NCBI GenBank assembly: GCA_050302075.1
Contig: JBNLAH010000011.1
Location: forward strand, 1-7,560
Source of the DNA: Parachlamydiales bacterium
GTDB lineage: Bacteria > Chlamydiota > Chlamydiia > Chlamydiales > SM23-39
Length of the DNA: 7,560 nt
Reading direction: 5' to 3'
Below are positions 1 to 6,091 of this stretch, one piece after another (the first letter of the stretch is position 1; every line of letters begins with the position of its first letter). The notes under the pieces were generated by a model. That model saw only the letters and a list, made by a program, of their open reading frames with translations. It was not told the DNA's origin and did no database searches. The translations under genes and the position numbers were made by a program.

Positions 1-630
1 TGCGCCAAAAGCTTTATTACATTCTTCAGACTCTTTAATTTTATTGATAGATTGTTTTGCTAGAGCATTTTTTCTCTCTATAAATTTTTCTCTGCTTAAT
101 TTTGTAGCAACATTAAAGCTGCTTGTTGGCTGCTTGTCAGAAAAACAACTAATAGTGGCCACTACATCTGTAGGTAAATCAGAAAATTCTAGGTTTTTGG
201 TTCTATATGGCATTAAATAAATTGTACTGAGAATAACAACATATAAACTTGCTGGAAATCCCATCATTGCTAAGTTTGACCTCTTATATCCAGGTGTCAT
301 TAAGCTGATTATTCCAATGCCAATAAAGGCGGTTTTGAGGATAGTAGGATGGTTTTTTCTAATAAACTTTTTTATAGGAGTTATTCTCTCTAAAAAATTA
401 TTAAAAACTCCTACCTTAGACTCTATTTTTTCAGATTCTATTTCTATCTTAAATAATTTATAACAAGCTTTTTGAGCTAACCTCAATGTTGTTAGAAGAA
501 AGTTAATAACAGCTAAGGCTACTTTTTTAACTAGTGGGTCTTGATCAGAAACACTTCTCTCAGAAATCCTTATAGATGGATAACTTTGTAAAGCTGATTG
601 ATGATTATTTTTTTGATAGTTAATTAACAT
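1..630 (-). CDS. Partial CDS (5' part, runs off left edge): putative host-interaction/effector-like protein with two hydrophobic segments and an F-box-like motif
   Basis: Not in the ORF track. Manual translation from ATG at 630-628 is open for 210 codons to position 1: MLINYQKNNHQSALQSYPSIRISERSVSDQDPLVKKVALAVINFLLTTLRL...ILKTAFIGIGIISLMTPGYKRSNLAMMGFPASLYVVILSTIYLMPYRTKNLEFSDLPTDVVATISCFSDKQPTSSFNVATKLSREKFIERKNALAKQSINKIKESEECNKAFGA. A 630-nt stop-free frame in such AT-rich DNA supports coding. The function is inferred. Confidence 0.8.
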   Translation of the reverse strand, partial: MLINYQKNNHQSALQSYPSIRISERSVSDQDPLVKKVALAVINFLLTTLRLAQKACYKLFKIEIESEKIESKVGVFNNFLERITPIKKFIRKNHPTILKTAFIGIGIISLMTPGYKRSNLAMMGFPASLYVVILSTIYLMPYRTKNLEFSDLPTDVVATISCFSDKQPTSSFNVATKLSREKFIERKNALAKQSINKIKESEECNKAFGA

Positions 631-843
631 AAAAATAAAATTTACAAAACTAAAAAAAATTGTGAGTAGTTTAATAATAAAATTCAAGTAAAGAATAAGA
701 TCTTCTAAATATTTTACTCGATAAAAAAACAATTTTTTGAGAAACTTTTAGTATTTAGAATTATGGTTGTATATATTTTTTTTAATAATTAAGAAATTTT
801 TACAAACTATTTTATCAGCTGAAATAAAAGATTTTTGAAATGA

Positions 844-1344
844 TTAATCTTTCGGCGAAATACAAGGCAAACAATTGAGATAAAAAATTTCAGATTCCAG
901 AGTAAATGAAGGATATTCCTTTATGGTATAGGGAAGTTTAATGCGGGCAAGGGTCAAATGAGGACGATAATTTTCACCATAGTCATTTATAATGGAAAGA
1001 GATTTTGATTGGATTATAGATCTAACTTCTTCGTAAAGTTTGAATAGCTCTTTTTCAAAAGATGTTAACTCAGCCCAGTAGTATCCGTTATTGTCTATTG
1101 TTGATTTAACTAAGCTTAAAGAAGAAAAATGAATTGAAAAAGGGATTGGATATTTTTTTTTTATATTTTCTAATATGACAGAGGTCTCTTCTTCTTTGCA
1201 TTCAAATTGACATATAGTAACATGCGGAATGCCGCCATCCTTAAGAAGGTAACCATAATTTTGTTTAGAAAATAAACTTTGAGATACCTGAATGTATTTT
1301 TTTGCAGCTTCTTTAGATGGCTCTAAAATAATCATATAAGACAT
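844..1344 (-). CDS. 2H phosphoesterase (LigT/ThpR '2'-5' RNA ligase'-like superfamily)
   Basis: Two HxT motifs, PHVTI (HVT at 1216-1224) and PHLTL (HLT at 952-960), 88 aa apart in a 166-aa protein. ATG at 1344 is preferred over TTG at 1347 because GAGGA (1355-1351) lies 6 nt upstream. Confidence 0.88.
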   Translation of the reverse strand: MSYMIILEPSKEAAKKYIQVSQSLFSKQNYGYLLKDGGIPHVTICQFECKEEETSVILENIKKKYPIPFSIHFSSLSLVKSTIDNNGYYWAELTSFEKELFKLYEEVRSIIQSKSLSIINDYGENYRPHLTLARIKLPYTIKEYPSFTLESEIFYLNCLPCISPKD

Positions 1345-1350
1345 CAACTG

Positions 1351-1355
1351 TCCTC
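1351..1355 (-). promoter_or_regulatory. Shine-Dalgarno of the 2H gene, overlapping the DGC stop codon
   Basis: Minus strand reads TGAGGACAGTTGATG. TGA (1356-1354) is the DGC stop, GAGGA is the SD, and a 6-nt spacer precedes ATG. Confidence 0.7.
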
Positions 1356-2247
1356 ATTTTTTTGGACCCCAAAACTGTGTACAGTTTCTTCCAGCAGCCT
1401 TTGCGGCAATTAAGGCTTTGTCAGATCTTTCAATTGTTTCTTCTACAGGAGAGTATAGATCCAAAGGAACTAACCCAAAAGACACCGTTATTTTAATTGG
1501 CTCTGGTGTTTGAACAATATCAGTTTCAGATATTTTAGTGCGTATTTCTTCAATTTTTTTGAACGCGCTATCTGTTTCAGTATTGTTTAAACAAATAAGG
1601 AATTCTTCTCCACCATACCTAAAAATTTTGTCTCCAGCACCTAGGTTGTCTGCAATTAAATGGACTACAGCTGCTAATATACTATCCCCAACCAGATGAT
1701 TATGTTTATCATTAATCTGCTTAAAGTGATCAATATCCATCATCGTAATGAAGCTGCGTTTATGTTCTCTTTTTGCTGATTCTTGCTGCTCTCTTAAAAT
1801 TGTCAACATATTGACTCTGTTAATTGCCCCGGTTAGAGGATCTCGATTGTAAATAAGGTTTTCTAATTCTCTTTTTAAAGTAGTTGTCTCAAGGCGCATC
1901 CTTTCAAGAGAATTAGAAAAATTATCATAATCTGGAGGTGAAATTGAGCTGCCATTTTCAATTAAGTTCAATAGCTTTTTAGCAAGCTGGTGCATCCTTA
2001 TATGCTCTTCACCAATTGATTTAAATCCCGGATGTTCAATTAGTTTTGCAACCTTAGAAGAATAATACCATTGGCCAAATCTACACTCTTTATGTGGGGC
2101 TTCGCTTATGTCATGCTGGTCAGCTGGCAAATGGCAGATAAGTGTTCTTATTAGTGAACTAAACCAGACTTCGTGATTATGTAGAGACTGATCCAAATAA
2201 TTGATAATCATTTGGAGTTCTTCATGCTTCATTTCTTGGAATACCAT
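1354..2247 (-). CDS. dgcZ: CZB (chemoreceptor zinc-binding)-GGDEF diguanylate cyclase, DgcZ/YdeH-like
   Basis: N-terminal H25, C55 (CRFGQW), H82 and H86 match the spacing of the E. coli DgcZ zinc ligands H22/C52/H79/H83. The C-terminal domain has DPLTG..NR, DIDHFKQIND, H..GD, RYGGEEF (GGEEF at 1600-1614), TVSFG and AK..GRN. Length is 297 aa, similar to DgcZ. SD-like AAGGTG lies directly after the upstream stop. The symbol reflects architecture; orthology is not proven. Confidence 0.92.
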   Translation of the reverse strand: MVFQEMKHEELQMIINYLDQSLHNHEVWFSSLIRTLICHLPADQHDISEAPHKECRFGQWYYSSKVAKLIEHPGFKSIGEEHIRMHQLAKKLLNLIENGSSISPPDYDNFSNSLERMRLETTTLKRELENLIYNRDPLTGAINRVNMLTILREQQESAKREHKRSFITMMDIDHFKQINDKHNHLVGDSILAAVVHLIADNLGAGDKIFRYGGEEFLICLNNTETDSAFKKIEEIRTKISETDIVQTPEPIKITVSFGLVPLDLYSPVEETIERSDKALIAAKAAGRNCTQFWGPKK

Positions 2248-2260
2248 CTTAAAAACACCT

Positions 2261-3658
2261 TCACTTTTCTAAAACTGATCTTTTTCCCCTTGTATAAGTA
2301 TAACGATTTTTAGTAAAGAACCTAAAAAAGCCTAAAACTCGCCACCATACTGTAATCGGTCTGTAGGTGAAATTTTCAACTAAGGATAAAAAGACCATTT
2401 TTAGTAAGACTTTAGTAGATTGGTACTTTTTCAGAAAAACTTGCTGCATGATCAAAGAGGCAATTGTTAAAAACATGTCTACTCCCCAAGCAATTAAGAT
2501 AAAATACCACAAAAACGAAAGGTTCAAGACGCCAAAAAAATAGCAAAAAAGAATATAAATATATCCAAAGCTTTCTATTAATGGGCCAATCCCTTCTCCA
2601 AAAAAAAGGTAAGGAAAATGGATAAAGCCTACAATGCCATATTTGGGGTTGAATAGCATATTTCTGCGACGCCAGCAAACTTCAATAATAGAGCAGTGCC
2701 ATCTTTTCCTTTGTATAGCAAGAGAAGAGTATGTTTGCGGTACTTCAGTCCAAACTATTGAATCAAATACATAGTCGATCCGATATGGCTTTTTTTGATC
2801 CCGCATGCTTTTATGGATAGCTAAGGTTAAATCAAGATCACCAGCTAGGACCTGTTTAAATCCTCCAATATCTAGGATTGTCTGTTTATTAAAAAGGCCA
2901 AAGCCACCTGAAATTAAGGGAGTACCACCTAAATCATTCCAGCCTAACCTTCCAAAGAAAAAAGACTTTAGATACTCAATTACTTGCATGGATCCCAAAA
3001 ATGAGGGTGGGAGCCTTACTTCTTTCACCCGGCCTTTTTCTACAACACATCCATTAATGATAGTAAGTATTCCTCCCATAGCATGGATGTCTTTTTCTGT
3101 TAATAAGTGCTGAAAAAGCTTACTAACAGCATCTGGTTCAATAATTGAGTCTGCGTCAATATTGATAAAAAAGGGAGTAGTGCAGGCATTTATCCCAGCA
3201 TTGATGGAATCTTCTCTACCGCCATTTTCTTTATGTATTACCATCAAATTTGGATGAGATTTTGATTGATAATAGTGCTTAATAGGAGCTGTTTTTAAAG
3301 TTGGCCTAAAGATGGGCGGAATGGAAACTAGTTGGTAGGTGTCGATTAATACCTGAAGAGTTTTGTCTGAAGAATCATCATCAACAATAATTATCTTAGC
3401 ATTTGGAAAGTCTACATTTAAAGCAGCTGTTATTGGAGTTAGTATATTGGCTTCTTCATTAAAACAAGGAATAATAATTGAGACTGGAGGTGCAACATCC
3501 AACTTAAATAATTGGTATGATTTTTGCGCTCGTTGTTCTTTTAAGCGGCGAATTAGATTGGGGTTCGTTGCTATTAGAAGGACAATATAAAAGCTATTGA
3601 GCCATAAAAAATAAAATAAGATGAATAAATCAATCACAAAAATGATTTTTTCAGTCAT
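2261..3658 (-). CDS. Processive membrane GT2 glycosyltransferase (PgaC/IcaA/cellulose-synthase-like polysaccharide synthase)
   Basis: N-terminal TM helix, PCFNEE, VDDDSSD, KENGG, IDADS (DxD), QVIEY, LISGGFGLF, GD at the TED position, TEVP, QRKRW (QxxRW at 2699-2713), then several C-terminal TM helices. The start overlaps the HEAT gene stop (ATGACTGA, 3658-3651). Confidence 0.92.
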   Translation of the reverse strand: MTEKIIFVIDLFILFYFLWLNSFYIVLLIATNPNLIRRLKEQRAQKSYQLFKLDVAPPVSIIIPCFNEEANILTPITAALNVDFPNAKIIIVDDDSSDKTLQVLIDTYQLVSIPPIFRPTLKTAPIKHYYQSKSHPNLMVIHKENGGREDSINAGINACTTPFFINIDADSIIEPDAVSKLFQHLLTEKDIHAMGGILTIINGCVVEKGRVKEVRLPPSFLGSMQVIEYLKSFFFGRLGWNDLGGTPLISGGFGLFNKQTILDIGGFKQVLAGDLDLTLAIHKSMRDQKKPYRIDYVFDSIVWTEVPQTYSSLAIQRKRWHCSIIEVCWRRRNMLFNPKYGIVGFIHFPYLFFGEGIGPLIESFGYIYILFCYFFGVLNLSFLWYFILIAWGVDMFLTIASLIMQQVFLKKYQSTKVLLKMVFLSLVENFTYRPITVWWRVLGFFRFFTKNRYTYTRGKRSVLEK

Positions 3659-4694
3659 TAATATCCAATGTTAAAGCATATTGAGCAGCTTCGTAGGCAA
3701 ACTGATCTTTTTCAAAGCTTTGCTGCTTTAATACTTGAATGCCATCTTCTCCTAATCTTTTCAAGGCTAGTGCTGAGTTAATTCGTACCCACCAGCTTTT
3801 ATCTGTTAATAATAAAGAAAGGTCACCAAGAGCTTCTTTAGCTTTTAGATATCCAAGAGAACGAGCTGATACTGAACGAACCTCCCATTCGTTATCTTTT
3901 AGCAGAGGAATTAATAATGAGATGCTAATAGGATTCAAATAACGACCAATAGCACGTATAGCAGCAATCCGTAGGTTTTTATGTGATGAATAAAGATCTC
4001 TCTTGGCTAGCTCGACAATGTGAGGGTTCATGTTATGAGATAAAATCTCAAAGCAGCTTACTCTTGTCCAAGGATCTTTATCTTTTTCTAACCTTTCTTC
4101 TACGAAAGAGAATGATTTAGGGTTGCCTTTTAACAAAGACTCTCTAAAAGGAAATCTTAAGAATCTATTACAGTTCATCTCGTCAATAATAGCATTTACA
4201 GCTGTTGGAGTCCCAAGTTTTGCAGCACAAGCCGCTGCTGAATACTTAATAACGGGGATTGAGTCTTGCAAAAGATGAAGTATTTCTTTTTCATTGTTTA
4301 GATCTGGACAATGAAAAAAACAGCCAATAGCCTGAATTTTTTTTGTCCATCTCTTAGCATAAGTTAATTTTTTTGCTTTGGGAAAAAGAATATTAATAAA
4401 AAGGCTTTCTCTCATTTTTTTCCAATGAGCATCTTGATTTTCTTTGTCTGTATTTATTATCAATGGGATAAGAAACGATATTTTGCGAAATCTGATTGGA
4501 AATAAATTTATTGGCAAAGATCTTTTTTTTTCGATCAACTCTCGAATTTTATCTCTAAATTCAATTAATACTTTTCTCTTCTTTCGAGAAAGGTAAGAAG
4601 AAATAGGCTTTAGAATAAGAGAAAAAAAGACATGAATTACAATAAAGATAAATTGAAAAACAGTAATTAACTTAATAAATTTTAGATAAGACAA
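3651..4694 (-). CDS. HEAT-repeat protein with N-terminal membrane anchor
   Basis: Hydrophobic LITVFQFIFIVIHVFFSLIL followed by basic RKKRK. Repeated HEAT/PBS-lyase-like units: LLQDSIPVIKYSAAACAAKLG, DKDPWTRVSCFEIL, HKNLRIAAIRAIG, LLKDNEWEVRSVSARSLGYL, LLTDKSWWVRINSALALKRLG. TTG start with GGCAGG 6 nt upstream; an in-frame TAA at 4715-4713 bounds the frame. Confidence 0.9.
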   Translation of the reverse strand: MSYLKFIKLITVFQFIFIVIHVFFSLILKPISSYLSRKKRKVLIEFRDKIRELIEKKRSLPINLFPIRFRKISFLIPLIINTDKENQDAHWKKMRESLFINILFPKAKKLTYAKRWTKKIQAIGCFFHCPDLNNEKEILHLLQDSIPVIKYSAAACAAKLGTPTAVNAIIDEMNCNRFLRFPFRESLLKGNPKSFSFVEERLEKDKDPWTRVSCFEILSHNMNPHIVELAKRDLYSSHKNLRIAAIRAIGRYLNPISISLLIPLLKDNEWEVRSVSARSLGYLKAKEALGDLSLLLTDKSWWVRINSALALKRLGEDGIQVLKQQSFEKDQFAYEAAQYALTLDIND

Positions 4695-4711
4695 ATGATG
4701 CCTGCCAATGT

Positions 4712-4717
4712 ATTATA
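4712..4717 (-). promoter_or_regulatory. Candidate sigma70-type -10 box for the HEAT-GT2-DGC-2H unit
   Basis: Perfect TATAAT on the minus strand, 17 nt upstream of the TTG start. Only a weak -35 (TTAAAG, 4739-4734, 16-nt spacer). The AT-rich background lowers significance. Confidence 0.35.
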
Positions 4718-4804
4718 TATAGATTGTTTTGCTCTTTAATGTACTAGTTTATTTAAATAGTTAAACTAACTAAAAATGGCAAGCTTTTGTCAAATTTGTA
4801 AATT

Positions 4805-6091
4805 TTATTTAAGGCAATTTTGATCACAAATTTTTAAGATATATTCTCCTATTTCATGATTTGCCAGTTTATCAGGAAAAACCGGCTGATTGCAAAAAAG
4901 AGTTCCTCTTTGAATGTGCTTTCCTGTTCTTTTGACAATAGCTTTAAAAAAATCAAAAAAGCGATATTGCTTATTTGATATTGTAAGATATGCATCTGAA
5001 TCAACTGGATCTGTGAACTGAATCTTATAAAAAAGCTTAAGTGGATTATTTGGATAAGATTCTATATGAAAAAAAGGAGAGCCTTGAACAGTTATGCTTT
5101 GCAAAATCTCAGCGGATTGCTTCGCTAGCTGAATAGATGGAAAAAAAAGATGGGCATCATGAGTCATATGAGCATCAATTTTTACATCATGGATACCCGC
5201 AGCTTCTAAGAATTTTTTCTGATCGATTTGTCGATATAATACCCAAGGTTTTTCATCATTTGTATTTTTTTGAGACAGAGCATTAGTTATAACTAGCAGA
5301 TCGTCTTTATCTAATTGATTGAAAATTTTTCCTAAAATTTTATCCATCTTCTTAAATCCATGTTTTAGCCCTGGGGAAATTTTATCCAAGTTGTGCCATT
5401 GGTGATGCTGCAAGTGCGCTATGGAATTTAGAAAAAGTAAAGAAAAAGTAGGTTTGTGTCTCATTTGATACTTAAGAAAGAAATGAGATGAGACATAATC
5501 TAAAAATGAGATGAAAACAAAAGGTTTAAAACGATGTAAAAAAGAATTTTTCATAAGAAACAGTATCTCTTTTGAAAGAAAGCCTATTGAATTGTTTTTT
5601 TTCGCAATTTTTAGAAGGTCTTTAATTGAGCTGACTAAAACTCGTTTTGAAAATCTAGTATAGTGCTTAGATACGTAGCGGAGCGGTTGTAATATATAGT
5701 TTAGTTCTTCCGGGTAGGCATTTTCAGCAGTTGTCCAAGGGTCTGGAAAGAAAAATCGGCAGTTTGATGCTTTTGATCGCTTTGAATTCATAGCACCCCA
5801 AATACCACTTGAAATTTCCCTGTCTGAAAGTTTTTCCCAAAGTTGTTGGTGATCAGTCCTAGGAGAGTCACCTAGGTGTTTCACTTGGTGCTCAGAAGAA
5901 GAAAGCCCTGTATGTACATTTACCCACTGCACCCAAGGTTCCAAAAAACCACTATCATAAGTATCATCTGTCCATGTTTGACTTTTATGAAAAGTGAGTA
6001 ATTTTTGAATGTTTTTTAAAGGGAGGCTGTTTACAGCTTTTTGCAATAGATCTTCATTAAATTCATTGAGTTCGAGTAATAAAATTTTCAT
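4805..6091 (-). CDS. Alkaline phosphatase/nucleotide pyrophosphatase superfamily-like protein with non-canonical active-site motifs
   Basis: Motif order ILLLELNE ... EPWVQWVNVHTG ... LWEKLS..ISSGIWG ... LFLNSIAHLQHHQW ... MDKILGKIFNQL..DDLLVITNALSQ parallels the AP/NPP core (IDG ... TxPxWxSxxTG ... DxxGH ... D..LG.L....LVVTSDHG). ATG at 6091 (428 aa, ATGA overlap with the upstream stop) is preferred to the track's TTG at 6109. No signal peptide. Confidence 0.65.
   Translation of the reverse strand: MKILLLELNEFNEDLLQKAVNSLPLKNIQKLLTFHKSQTWTDDTYDSGFLEPWVQWVNVHTGLSSSEHQVKHLGDSPRTDHQQLWEKLSDREISSGIWGAMNSKRSKASNCRFFFPDPWTTAENAYPEELNYILQPLRYVSKHYTRFSKRVLVSSIKDLLKIAKKNNSIGFLSKEILFLMKNSFLHRFKPFVFISFLDYVSSHFFLKYQMRHKPTFSLLFLNSIAHLQHHQWHNLDKISPGLKHGFKKMDKILGKIFNQLDKDDLLVITNALSQKNTNDEKPWVLYRQIDQKKFLEAAGIHDVKIDAHMTHDAHLFFPSIQLAKQSAEILQSITVQGSPFFHIESYPNNPLKLFYKIQFTDPVDSDAYLTISNKQYRFFDFFKAIVKRTGKHIQRGTLFCNQPVFPDKLANHEIGEYILKICDQNCLK

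Noticed and set aside
1153..1162. A10 tract in the 2H gene (also A9 at 4523-4531 in the HEAT gene) as phase-variation sites
   Set aside because: Frames are intact and poly-A Lys runs are expected at this AT content. Read-level length variation would be needed to support it.
844..2247. CBASS/anti-CBASS (Acb1) interpretation
   Set aside because: The cyclase is a GGDEF enzyme, not a CD-NTase, and there is no Cap effector or phage context.
2412..2678. 88-aa minus-strand ORF
   Set aside because: Alternative frame wholly inside the GT2 synthase gene, with no recognisable motif.
2805..3113. 102-aa plus-strand ORF
   Set aside because: Antisense shadow of the GT2 catalytic region.
3363..3590. 75-aa plus-strand ORF
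   Set aside because: Antisense shadow of the GT2 gene.
2261..3658. Naming the synthase pgaC/icaA/bcsA
   Set aside because: No pgaABD, icaDBC or bcsB partners and no PilZ domain are present, and the motifs deviate, so the product cannot be assigned from sequence.
3739..3942. 67-aa plus-strand ORF
   Set aside because: Antisense shadow of the HEAT-repeat gene.
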